DNA of 63,184 nt, counting the filler, from Squatina squatina (lineage: Eukaryota), in the NCBI GenBank assembly GCA_031763465.1. It is 4 parts of 3 records of this genome, joined end to end, with 100 filler letters (N's around TTAATTAATTAA, not from the genome) between each part and the next. Parts side by side here need not be neighbours in the genome. Positions count along the whole stretch, not along the records: positions 47,921 to 63,184 come from JARFOE010000115.1; 3 more parts are not named here. One strand, written 5' to 3'. Both the position numbers and the translations under genes were made by a program. Within the stretch, counting starts at the first letter, position 1; the number at the start of each line of letters is the position of its first letter. Below are positions 51,400-63,184 of this stretch, in pieces. Under the pieces are notes generated by a model. It did not search any database and was not told the origin of the DNA. It saw nothing but the letters and a program-made list of their open reading frames with translations.

Positions 51400-51690
51400 A
51401 ACTTCGATTTAAACTAGGGGCCATAAATATAGGAGAGTCACCAATGAGTCTAATGGGGAATTCAAGAGAAACGTCTTCACCCAGAGAGTGGTTAGAATAT
51501 GTAGCTCGCTACCACATGAGGTGATTACTGTGAATATCATAGAAGCATTCAAGCTAGATAAATACATGAGGGGGAAAGGAATAGAAGGATGTGCTGATAA
51601 GGTTAGATGAAGTGGAGTGGGCGGAGGCTCGTGTGGAGCCTAATTGCCGGCACACTTGGCCACTTGGGCTGCAAATTCGATGTAAGTTGT
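51400..51690 (+). mobile_element. CR1 LINE 3' end
   Basis: TRGHKY...FKRNVFTQRVVRICSSLPHEV...FKLDKYM followed by a CR1-type tail. Confidence 0.8.
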
Positions 51691-51981
51691 TGATGTCCTC
51701 AGTCACAGGCTTTTGTACAGTGCTGTAATCGATATTATCTAAAAATGTATTACTATTTTTGGTCTGCAAAAAGAAGAATTTAAAAAGCATTATTTTAACT
51801 GATTCTGTTTATTTAAATAAACTTTCTTGTCACAAAACTTCTACTGTATTTGGTCATTGCTGTCATGTTTGATATACTTGCAGAGGTGCTGTTACAGATA
51901 CCTCAGAGGAAGGCTATAGCTTCTCCTGTCTTTGAGCCATGATTATCCATATATCTCATTACGTCTGTGGGGACAGGATAA

Positions 51982-51988
51982 TATATAA
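51982..51988 (+). promoter_or_regulatory. Candidate TATA box for the Kvbeta1.3-type first exon
   Basis: TATATAAGGGG about 95 bp upstream of the ATG at 52080. Confidence 0.4.
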
Positions 51989-52079
51989 GGGGACCAGCAC
52001 AAAGTTACTTTATACCATTTGATGACTGTGGCTTCCTGCTTGGTGGTGCTGTCTTCTCCAGCTCAAGTAATCAGGCAAA

Positions 52080-52327
52080 ATGTTGGCAGCAGGATCTTCG
52101 GGAAGCAAACCTGATGAAATCGCCAAGTTAAGAAAATATTCTGTTCATTCTTTGAGTAAGGAGAAACGAAAATTTTCCCAGGACATTAGAAATAATACAG
52201 CGGTCGAAATACAGCATAGGGTTCAAAGATTGGCAATTGTCCGGGAGTTGGAAATGAACTGGTACATGAGAGAATATCATTTATCACATGAAGATACTGT
52301 GGCCTATCAGACTGGGATGGTGTATAG
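52080..52327 (+). CDS. KCNAB1: KCNAB1 alternative first exon, Kvbeta1.3-type N-terminus
   Basis: MLAA...KLRKYS...RLAIVRELEMNWY...LSHEDT...TGMVYR compared with human MLAAR...KLRRQS...QLALLREVEMNWY...LSSEHT...TGMPHR; phase-2 donor AG|GTGAGA. Confidence 0.88.
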
Positions 52328-52805
52328 GTGAGAAAGGTTTTCATTAGTCAGACAAATGCTGATGCCAGCACATAAAAAGTGTGCTTTGTTTAAAATGAGA
52401 GATTAAGTGCTAGCTTTATTTAACAAACGTTTAAATATGGGGAAAGAGGAAATTCTGTTATAAAGAATTTATGGATGTTCAATAACTATGTTTGATTGCA
52501 ATTGGAACAAATCTAACTGCTTGTATATTTATTTGCTATTGACAGTGTAGTACTATATTTTGGCCTTTAGATTCCTCCTGGGCAAAGCCAGAAAACCAAA
52601 GATTTTGCAGTTCACACATGAACAATAAGTAGATTGTAAATTGTTAAAATTGAAAATATAATGGCTGTTTGGAATTGATTAAATTGTTCACAATTTGCAT
52701 GTTTANNNNNNNNNNNNNNNNNNNNNNNNNNNNNNNNNNNNNNNNNNNNNNNNNNNNNNNNNNNNNNNNNNNNNNNNNNNNNNNNNNNNNNNNNNNNNNN
52801 NNNNN

Positions 52806-52930
52806 AAGGGATATGGGGATAGTGCAGGAAAATGGCACTGAGGTAGAAGACTAGCCATGATCTTATTGAATGGTGAAGCAGGCTCGAAGGGCCGAAAGAC
52901 CTACTCCTGCTCCTATTTCTTATGTTCTTA
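52806..52930 (+). mobile_element. CR1 3' tail
   Basis: AGCCATGATCTTATTGAATGG...AGGGCCGAA..CCTACTCCTGCTCCTATTTCTTATGTTCTTA. Confidence 0.75.
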
Positions 52931-54668
52931 TTGGGCTTTTCATACAATTTCAAGGCTATAGTTCAGCAATAAAAACAGAAAGTGCTGGAAATACACAGAA
53001 GGTCCATCAGCATCTGATTAATATTTTTGATATGGACCTTTTGTCAGAACTAATGTCGATTAGTAATGTGTTAAATACACATTTTCAGTAACACTAGTGA
53101 CCTGTGAATTAGCCTATTCCACTATGGGGTCATCACAATTAAGTTTCATCTTATCCTTGCCCAACTTGTACACATGTTCCTCCTCCGCCAGAAGTCACTG
53201 AACAATGATCAGCAATGGGCATTCAGGTTGCTCTATATATCCTAGCACTCAGACCATTTTCAGCAGTCTTATTTCCACCCTCACTAAGTAACTGACCAGG
53301 CATTAAACTCAGGACCTGCCTGGTATATATAACTCCACTTCACTGGGTAGTTCAGTTACCAACACAGCCACTGTGCAAGCCCATGTACACTTTGCTGTTA
53401 TTATGTCTTTAAATTAATCCAGGTCTCAGAGAGAGTGCATTGCACATAGTGGTACAGGGCTGAAGTAAGTTTGGAGTATTATATTGATTCATTTATGGAA
53501 CTCATTCTGGATTTGTTCCATTTTACATACAAATATAACGTCCCTATTTGTAAAATAAAGATATAAGTTATCAAAAGCAGTGTGTACAAATTAATAAAAA
53601 GGACAAAATACTTGAAGGGGAATAATTTTAAACAGAGGCAAATAGAATTAATATTTATTCACAATAACTCTTCCAGTATTCATGAGGTAGGACATTCAAA
53701 ACATGTATGGTGCGGACAAAGAAACTACAGAACACCTTTATGGGGGACTGGCTTTAGGCGTGCTTATTTAAAATTAACGACAGTTATAAAGGAACATTGG
53801 TGTGAAGTGCTTTTTATTAATTCAGTGTGGAAACCAAATTAATTTTTAACAAAGGAAAGCAGTTGGGCTCATTAAATCCTCCTAAGTTGCCTCGCATAAT
53901 GAAGTAATTAATCTGCTTTTCCATATGATACCTTTCTTACAGTCCCCATTTAAATACAATTGTGTTTTACTTGACACAGAATTGCTTTGCTTAATGATCA
54001 TGGATGCAAGACTAAAAATTCGACAAGTGCAAATTATTTTACCCATGAATTAATATGTCTGCAATTAGCTGCAATAATAACCGTTTGAATGGCTCTCCGG
54101 GTATCTCCATCTCAGGGATCTTGTTCTTCTAACAACTAACAGAAATGCAACTCAATCTTGAAGTTTTTTTTTGTGAAAAATATGATTAGAACTCAGGAAA
54201 CCCTAAAGGGGATTATTCTTCAACTGAGATAAAATGTGGTATAAGCAAGACTTACATTAGCTACATTGAATAATGTTCCCGTTGTCTGGTGATGGAATAT
54301 GTTCCAACAGACCTATGATCAGTTCCCTCAGCCTGTTGAGNNNNNNNNNNNNNNNNNNNNNNNNNNNNNNNNNNNNNNNNNNNNNNNNNNNNNNNNNNNN
54401 NNNNNNNNNNNNNNNNNNNNNNNNNNNNNNNNNNNNNNNNGTCAGTATTTCCCATGGGCAGAGTGCCATCGTTGTCCTGCATCAATCTTTGCTTCATTCA
54501 GTGACATTTATCCGGGCCGAATAGCACCTGTGATGCGATGCTCTGCTAATGTCTGTCTGGATTAAGCCGACAGCTCTCCTTGCTGCCCCGCAAGTGTTGC
54601 ACTAAAGCAAAGCAGCTGGCTTGTTGACTTGAGGTTCGCATTTTGATTCGGGCGCCGTTAACAGAAAA

Positions 54669-54883
54669 ATGCAAGTCTCAATTGCTTGCACCGATCATAA
54701 TTTGAAGGCACGCAATAGTGACGACAGGCACAAGCAGAACTCCAGCAGCCCGAAATTAGGCAATGGGGCCCGTGCAAACTTTCGGACGGTTGCTATCATT
54801 GCCCGGAGTCTGGGACACTTCATACCTCAGCACCACATCTCTCTGAAGGAGTCAACAGCAAAACAGACGGGGATGAAATACAG
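54669..54883 (+). CDS. KCNAB1: KCNAB1 alternative first exon, Kvbeta1.1-type inactivation ball
   Basis: MQVSIACTDHNLK...ARANFRTVAIIARSLGHFIPQHHISLKESTAKQTGMKYR; phase-2 donor AG|GTAAGA. Confidence 0.95.
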
Positions 54884-57800
54884 GTAAGAGAGTGTTTGCG
54901 TTTATACTCAATCGCTTACAGATTTGTTCCATTACCTAATTCAAATAATGATTTCAAAGCGAAAGCAATAACGCTATTTGTACTAATTTATGTAGGGTAA
55001 TGTACTGTCTACAACATTCAAATGCAATTACGCTAATCATAGTCTTTGATCCAATAAAGTAAGGTGCAACATTGTGCATTAAAATAATTACTGCTCTGCT
55101 AAAAGCTTCACTGTTTTTGTTCAGGATAAGAGGTGTGGGTACAATATTGAAGGTTATGTACTTTTAGTATAAATGCTTCATAGATTCAGTACCTTTGACG
55201 CATTACTATTTTGCTTAAAAAAAGTGGTAGGATTTTTGCAGACTTCATATAAAGTATACCATTTTCTTTAACCATCTCCCATTTAATTATTTACTTGCCA
55301 TTCTCATCTAAGTACTAAATAATTTTACTTAATGCTAAACTATATTAACAACTAGCAATCTTCAGTAAAATTGTACTGTGAATGTATAAAAAGGTTAGGG
55401 GTGAACAAAGAGGGATTTGAGATGGTGGCATTCTGTGCTGGGATCTTAATCATGTAGGGATTAGATATGCATTAATCTGACTGCTAAATACTTAATTTTT
55501 TGTTTTGGATACTATTCCAGTAATCTATTTTTTAATAGTATTGAAGTACACACATTGAGATTAGGAATATTTTTTATTAATCTAATCTAGCGCATAACAT
55601 AGCAGAGGAATCAACGGTGTTTTCTCTTATTACAAGTTCCTTTAACAGCAAATATTTCATTTGATTTCCTTCAGTACAAAATTAAATTGTGTTTTGATGT
55701 GAGTTAACATCCAACTCTGCTTTCTTTTAGAAACATGCTTGCACTAAACCTGAAAATCAAAGTTGCTACAACTCGAAGATTTAAAAGCATATTTTAAGAA
55801 GTGTAATCAGATCTTAAAAGCCCAAATCATTCTACAGAATGAAAACACAAATCTTGCAGAAAGTTAAAAGCGTTCATGATTGGATTCACGTTTTTACATG
55901 AGCGTTTTGGTTAACTGGTTCGCTGTTGCACTTTAAGAGTGCATGCAGTGTCTTCTCAAGGAAAGGTCTAAGAATGTGATAAACACACTTTCAGAGAAAA
56001 TAGCTTCAGCAGCAGAGCATTATTAAAAATTGGGCCAGCTATGTACCAACAGAAACTATAGTAGCAACCTCAGTAACCAATGCCTGAAGAGATCCCAAGT
56101 GTTACATGTAAATTATCATGCTGTGATCTATAAATTTACCANNNNNNNNNNNNNNNNNNNNNNNNNNNNNNNNNNNNNNNNNNNNNNNNNNNNNNNNNNN
56201 NNNNNNNNNNNNNNNNNNNNNNNNNNNNNNNNNNNNNNNNNGTGCTAGTCCTGTTTTTTTTGCAATTCCCACCCCCCGAAAAAAAAACTGAAGTGACATT
56301 GGCAACAGAATGTTTTTGAAAAATATTTGTTGTTTGTGAAGAGCTTGTTAATGCCTCATTAATGAGCTTTCAGTGTTAGATGTGGCTGTTACCCACTGGG
56401 AGAAATTTAAAATGATCTGTTAAGAATTAGGTCACCCAGTCAGCTGGAGTTCGTTCAATGATGGAGCAACTAGACACTTTAATAAAACATCTGCTCAACA
56501 TGGATTTTGCTGCAATTGTTAAATGAGCTGCTTCAGTGTCAGCATTAACAGGCGAGGGCTGCCAAAGAGCACAGGCTTCATTGTAGACTAAGCACCCACC
56601 CCACCAGTACTCTCTCTACCATTTTAATCAGCTATACAGTGCTTAGCTCAAGAGCATTTTTAAAGAAATGAGTAGTGAACTATGTCAAAGTGCTGTATAT
56701 TTCATTCCTTCTCATGGAATAAATCATAAGTACAAAGGAGACCAGAACAGACTAAGACATGCATTTAAATATAATTTTTAATATAACCTACAAAAACAGA
56801 CAATTGTAAAAACTGGACTTATAGTTTATTCTTTTCTTGAGGTTAATTACATATACAAAAGTAATGGATCTAGAAGTCAGCTTTTTAAAAAGGCAATGCC
56901 AATGATGTATACATTCGTTGCTCTACTTAATTTCAGACACCTTCCCACTCTTCAGAGTTCGATTAACATCCTTGCCTGTTAATTGACTAGTTAAATTAGT
57001 TGTAAACCAGTTGAGAGGCAGAAATGATGTCTTATCACAGCTAGGCTTCTGTTAATGACATCCCATAGGATAATCATTTCTATCCATTGCCAATAAAATA
57101 AACAAAAGATGGTAAGATTACAACCCTGATTTCAGTAAGTCCAAAACATCCTCAAAGTTGCTGATTGTGCNNNNNNNNNNNNNNNNNNNNNNNNNNNNNN
57201 NNNNNNNNNNNNNNNNNNNNNNNNNNNNNNNNNNNNNNNNNNNNNNNNNNNNNNNNNNNNNNNNNNNNNNAGGTGGTCCTTGGCTGCCCGATTTTCCACG
57301 GGCCGACAGCCACTTCTTATCCATTCCGGGTGGAAAATCAGCCTGTGGCATGTTCCCGGCAGGAAACCTGCTGGGGGTTAAAATCAACCCCATAGCTCAT
57401 GCGTTAATTCACTATATTGTAGTTTTGATGTATTTCTTGATATAATGAGCCTCAGTCCATGAAACAGAATGTTAATTGGAATGGCGTTTTAATGAAGCTC
57501 TTGTAATGGAGGTTCATTCATAGTTCATGAGGTGTAGATATGTAAGTGTTTGTAAAAAAAAAAGTGTTTAAGCAGATGGCCTGAGTAGGTGGCACAGCAC
57601 TCAATATTCTAGTGTACCACACCATGGAGAAGTGAAACTTGGATTCCTGCTCATAAGATCCTTTTTTTTTGTCATTGCCCCTTCCCCCTCCCCCCTCAGG
57701 GGAAGGCACAGAGCAGACACTGAGTGGGTGTCATCTAGTTGGTGTTCAAACGACAGTAGATAAAATTCAGAATTTTAAGCTTCCAAGGAAAGATAAAGGT

Positions 57801-59140
57801 AGGATAAAGAGAAATAGAATTAGTGGCAAATGAGCAGGCTGGATAAAGCATTGGCTTAGCAGTAGAAAGCAAAGTTTGGTCTGGGGGAGAGTGACAAGTG
57901 GAGCTCTGCAAGAATATTTTCTGTGTCCATTGATATTTACATGCTCACCTGGTACAAATGAGTGGAGCATGCATGGGGCCCATGCTATCCATTTGTACCT
58001 GAAGGTTGCAAACGGGATCCTACAACTGCCATCATACCCCGATTCACATAATTAAGCAGCTATATACTCGTAAATTGCATAAGGCGGACTTTGGGCATTA
58101 ACTTGGACTGAGATGCCTCCTCACCCCGATTTTCAAATGCCAGCTCCTCATTTTCCATTTGAGAAGTGGGCAACCGACAGTTGAAAATTAATCCCAGTTA
58201 ATTTATATTTTGATGTCTAGGCTTCTTTGGCTGCCATTTTCACAATTTGAGAGTGTAACCATTGAATCACTGCATGAATATTTCAGTTAAGTAATCGGAT
58301 CACAACAGTGCTTTGATAGTGGGAAATAGCTATAGAAAACTAAACAATTAAAAAGTAAGGAAGCCACTACTGCGTACAAGCGACGGAATTGTCTGGAAAG
58401 AGTGTCATTCAAGTGTTTATTTCTGTGCTGCTTTTTGTTGGATTTTATGATGAGATACTTTTTTCAAAATAACAGATTAAAAAAAACATATCGCACATNN
58501 NNNNNNNNNNNNNNNNNNNNNNNNNNNNNNNNNNNNNNNNNNNNNNNNNNNNNNNNNNNNNNNNNNNNNNNNNNNNNNNNNNNNNNNNNNNNNNNNNNAC
58601 ATGCCCAGCAGAGGCTTAGACTAAGATGATGCAGGATATTTAGAAGCCACCTTGTTTAAGACAAGTGAGGTGGCCCACTGTTGTGGGGAAGTGTGACATG
58701 TTCTTTATTTTGTATTGTCACATTTCTGTTGTAATGATTGAATTAAGTGATTCTGATCCTAACTATTCTGTATATTCATTTTACTGTAAAATAAAGCAGC
58801 TTATTGATTCATATCAAGCCTCATCTCACGAAATTCGCTTGGTCTGGTTTCAGTCAGATTGAAGATGCACATGTGCAGAAGACACAAACTATTGTTGTAC
58901 CCCTGGGTTACGCTCTCATACAAGTAGATATAAGGCTGTGTGATGTAAAACTCATAAAAATAAAACTCTCAGACTGCTTATGAGTGTGACAGAAACATTG
59001 AACCTGATAAGATGTCTATGACAGGCCAAAATTTATAACAATCCTATTAATAATCAATGTAAGTAGAAAAGACACCAGCCTAGATTTCAGGCTCCTTTTG
59101 TTGTGCATGTGATTGAAGTATTCTTGTGTATCTCTTTCAG

Positions 59141-59185
59141 ACGATCAAGCCTGGTGATAACAACTAAGCTGTACTGGGGAGGAAA
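59141..59185 (+). CDS. KCNAB1: KCNAB1 core exon (45 bp)
   Basis: tctttcAG / GTgagt; RSSLVITTKLYWGG(K). Too short for the ORF track. Confidence 0.95.
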
Positions 59186-59649
59186 GTGAGTGTTCATTAT
59201 AGTTGCCTGTCTCTCTGTTTCTTTGCCTTAGATTTATTTTTATACAAATTCAGAAGCTAAATGTAATTAATTTTGCCGTATTGAATTGATTTTATTAAAG
59301 TCAACAGCAACAGCAATTTTTAACTATTCAGCTAATGGACTCCCTTAATGGCTCAAAAATCTTATTTAGTGAGTGGCTGAACCATGCTGAAAAAGAAGTT
59401 TCCTCATTCAATCCACGATCTGTGCTGAGTTTTCTGACCTCAACACTTTATGTAATCTCGGAATTTTTTACTTTCTTTAACGGCCTTTTCAAATAAAGCC
59501 AACAATTTCAAACACTCGAATGACAATTATATCTCAGCATTGCAACTACCCCTTGTCCTTGCTAACTTACTTATTCAAGCTCCTATTCTCCTACTTCTAT
59601 GACATTATCCCTGACTAATGCAAGGTTAAGAGATGGGCAATTGGATGGT

Positions 59650-60780
59650 TGACAGTCAAACTACTGTCCCTGCCTTCCAATAGTGTTTCTTTTGCTAGGT
59701 CAAAGAGGGTTGGATCCAGGTCTGAATCTCCCTCACATGCTAGCATTGGAGATAATTAAGTCCTGGAAGCCCTGTAAAATTGTCATGTTAAGGCTGACCC
59801 TCAAGTCATCTATTGAAGTAGTGCCAGCTGCCATTCTGGAAACCACCAATGTCCTTAATACCTCCTCATGTCACCTTGTCATCGTAGATAACCCCTGACC
59901 TGTTAATCTCTTCCGAGTGTTATGCATGGAATGACAAATTCCTGTATTGTGCTGCAGATGGGTGTAATAGTCTTCTCCCACTTCCCCATCATCACAAGCA
60001 TGTTCATGGAAACACTCTCCACTGACTGTATATCAGATTGATGCTCCCTTATCATTGATATTTTGAGGGCTAGCTCCTCAGCCAATGATGGTCTTTTCTC
60101 AACCCTTTGGAGGAACGGCTTGTCCACCATCTTCGACTCTTAGGTCCTTGTGCTGATTAGTGCTTCTCAAAAGCCCTCTGACTCCCTAACTACTTCCTCC
60201 TCAATGGGTGGTTCTTGAGCACATAGGATCCCATGATGTTGTTAGTGAGTATAAGGGAGGAGTTAAGAAGCTTGAAGTATGACTTCTGCCCGGTTCTCTT
60301 TTTGCACTACACAATGCCATAGGAGCTTAAAAAACAATATAGCAACTGAGTCAGTGCCCATTTAAAGACCTTAAAATTCCACATAATGCTTAAACCAACT
60401 GTGCAGTTCCTTTCCATGCCTTTACTGACCTCTTCTTGGCAGTTCACCTCCCAATTCCTCATCTCTCTTAGCCTCTCATGTCTAGCCATGAGCTGTAATG
60501 GGAAGTCCTGCCTGCTGCTAATCCGGACATCACAAGTGAACTTGTCCCCTTCCACCTCAGTCACCATCAACAAGTGTACTTCCATCAAGGGGGTTACTAA
60601 ATGGTGATCAGAACAGGATCGCAAACTGATTTTCCCTTCCCTGAGGCTAATTGTAGGATCCCTACTACTTCCTCTACTGACATCAGATAAGTCAGCGCAT
60701 ACCAGGGATTGGGCCTGATATTTTCATGGTCTGTATGGCTCTGAAATTCCTTGGGGCTATCATTGGTCTCCATCCATAAC
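59650..60780 (-). mobile_element. Heavily degraded coding remnant, possibly a Harbinger Myb/SANT ORF
   Basis: Broken minus-strand frames with a AKKRSVKAWKGTAQLV-like segment and glutamate-rich linker; weak similarity only. Confidence 0.3.
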
Positions 60781-61619
60781 TCCAGTTGCAGAAATATATA
60801 AACATAGAAAATAGGTGGAGGAGAAGGCCNNNNNNNNNNNNNNNNNNNNNNNNNNNNNNNNNNNNNNNNNNNNNNNNNNNNNNNNNNNNNNNNNNNNNNN
60901 NNNNNNNNNNNNNNNNNNNNNNNNNNNNNTAAAATCACTTTTTGCCCTCCCCCGTCCAGCTCCACGTGTCATTTGAACTCACAGCTGGGGTTTTATTCAT
61001 ATAAGAACAGGATTCCTACCATGTCCAAGAACTGGAAAATCAGAAAATGGGCAGGTAATTTCTATATCCAGCTCATATCTCAGCCTGCAGTAAAGCATTA
61101 CCTATAATGCTAATATCACTAGGAAATTGATTTTTCCTGGTAAGTGAAACAGATGCCTTATTTAATTCCTCCATTTACAATGTGCTGTGATAGATAGTAT
61201 CCTAGAATGTAGTACAGACAAACTGGTGTGATTTAAGCAGCAGTAGGGTGGGTAAGTTCAACAGAGGGCAAAATCAGCTCTCAAAGGGGTTGTCTGAAAG
61301 ACAATGGGACTCCAGCTCAAATCTGCTGTAATTTAAAACCCCTGAAACAAAGGATGAGCAAAGTTCAGAATTGTCTTGCCCTATGAAAAGCAAAAATGTC
61401 CAATTTCTGAAGTTTATTTTGAGTATTCCAGTAGTTGAAATGAACTGAAGACATGAAAATAGCTATCTAGAAGAAAATTCAGGCATGTGGCATTATCAAC
61501 TACAAATATTACTAATCTGCTGGCTGCCATGCTTCATGGAGGCCACTTTCACATCATGAAGGGTGAGGTGTCTGATTTTTTTTTCTTTTGGTTTACTTTC
61601 CCCCACCTCCCTCATTTAG

Positions 61620-61705
61620 AGATTGTCCGGGCGATGACATACGTGATAAACCAAGGAATGGCCATGTATTGGGGGACATCCCGTTGGAGCGCCATGGAGA
61701 TTATG
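61620..61705 (+). CDS. KCNAB1: KCNAB1 core exon (86 bp)
   Basis: atttAG / GTaccc; (E)[28 protein letters not shown]. Confidence 0.95.
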
Positions 61706-62888
61706 GTACCCATCTTTTAAATACTTTATTAAATGTAAATCAACTGCACAATATACACTTCTAAGGATGTAAATAATCATTTAAAATCTTCAGAAAAAAT
61801 AGCAATTCAAAGTAACACCTGTGATCTAACCTGTATAAGTAGAAGTCAAATAGGGACCAAATAATATTACTGTGTGGAAAAAGAAATTCTTGAGGTTTGA
61901 ATGCACTTATTGGTTTTGTAATAAATTCCTCTTCTCTCATACAGAAAGGAATTTTAAACAGCAAGTTGAATATTAGTTATCCATACCAATGTTATTTCAA
62001 GGCCTTGACCTTTTCACCACATTAAAAAAAAATGACTTGATCTGACAGGATTGACGATGTAAGTGAGCTCTCTTGCTTATCCAGAATGGTCCCATTTACC
62101 TAAAGGCATCAGGAAGCTGCTAATCCTCTGTCATTTTATTTCCTCAAACACAAAACTTTGTGATGTGATAAAATCAAAAAGTAGATGTGATGTTCAAATA
62201 ACCTTTTGGTATTCAACAGTAGTCTCTTGGGATTAAGCAACAACACTTTGTAAATGAAATCCTAAACTATACAAAAACAGAAAATGCTGTAAATCAACAC
62301 CCATCTGAAAGAGAAACACAGGTTGTAACCTTCCATTGGTGCTCTGATGAAGTTTTGGTGTTAACCTATCTTTCTTTTTTAGATGCTGACTAACTTGATG
62401 TATGCTTCTGATATTTTCTGTCCTTAAACTTTTTGACATTTATAAATCCAGTCACATGAAACTAGCAGTCTATGAGGACAAATGTAAAGCAGGTTTACCA
62501 TATAGTGCATCTCACCTGAGGGAGACTGTGACGCCCCAATTGCTTGTATTATCGGTGTCATCAATGTGCATTTATTCCAATAAATGGCATTCTTCACTAT
62601 ACAGAGTAACAAACCAAGGGAAAAAGATTGTTCCTATTGATAATTTTAGAACTATCAATGGGGAATTTTTACCCACAAATGCTTATTACAAATACTTGGC
62701 AACAAGTTGTTTGTGTGCAAGTGAATAGTGCCTTTAATTTTCACCCCATCTATTCCAATTTTTGAAATGTTTCTGATGAAAATCATGGATTGACAAGGGT
62801 AGCCCTCATCTTTTGCTTCCTAGTACAGTATCGATAGAATTTTGATTAACATTTTTGTGACAGTCTTTCTTATACTGATTTTACTCAG

Positions 62889-63009
62889 GAGGCCTATTCA
62901 GTGGCAAGACAATTTAATTTGATCCCCCCAGTCTGTGAGCAAGCAGAATATCATATTTTCCAGAGAGAGAAGATTGAGGTCCAACTCCCGGAGCTTTATC
63001 ATAAAATTG
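62889..63009 (+). CDS. KCNAB1: KCNAB1 core exon (121 bp)
   Basis: actcAG / GTgagt; [40 protein letters not shown](G); phase matches the previous exon. Confidence 0.96.
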
Positions 63010-63184
63010 GTGAGTGCTTGCGCTATGGTTAATGCAGTGGTCCTACCAAGGCACAATTCACTAGTTTCAAGATGTACCTTAGTATTCTGCATCTTAATAG
63101 TTGATAAGAAAGTCTTGTGTTTACATAGTGGTTTATCACATTTCTCCGAAGCATTTCAAAGTGCTTCACATTACAATGAACTAC

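Noticed and set aside
1942-60972. Many ORF-track entries containing runs of X
   Set aside because: They are open only because they cross N gaps.
61620-63009. KCNAB2 or KCNAB3
   Set aside because: WSAMEIM, LYHKIG and the Kvbeta1.3- and Kvbeta1.1-type first exons point to KCNAB1.

Overview
Eukaryotic (vertebrate) DNA, most likely from a shark or other cartilaginous fish, in a very fragmented draft assembly. Three spacers containing TTAATTAATTAA (13521-13620, 35184-35283, 47821-47920) split the window into four blocks that should not be treated as adjacent, and each block is further broken by many fixed 100-N gaps. Block 1 (1-13520) is repeats and non-coding DNA with no exon I can recognise. 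Block 2 (13621-35183) holds an isolated GPS1/CSN1 exon, a Harbinger transposon, a CpG-rich promoter with a ZNF143-type motif, most of SP4, and the start of DNAH11. Block 3 (35284-47820) holds ARAP3 on the minus strand (SAM exon and two RA-domain exons) and one unassigned coiled-coil exon candidate. Block 4 (47921-63184) holds the 7TM exon of a V2R1/OlfCc1-type vomeronasal receptor followed by KCNAB1 with two alternative N-terminal exons (Kvbeta1.3 and Kvbeta1.1 types). Gene names come from my recall of vertebrate protein sequences plus GT-AG boundaries, not from a database search. I found no convincing new biological system. The best leads are a consensus splice donor just upstream of the ARAP3 ATG, a hammerhead-like core in a palindromic Penelope-type repeat, the interrupted SP4 exon 3, the altered Kvbeta1.3 ball peptide, a near-perfect orphan hairpin and the orphan exon.
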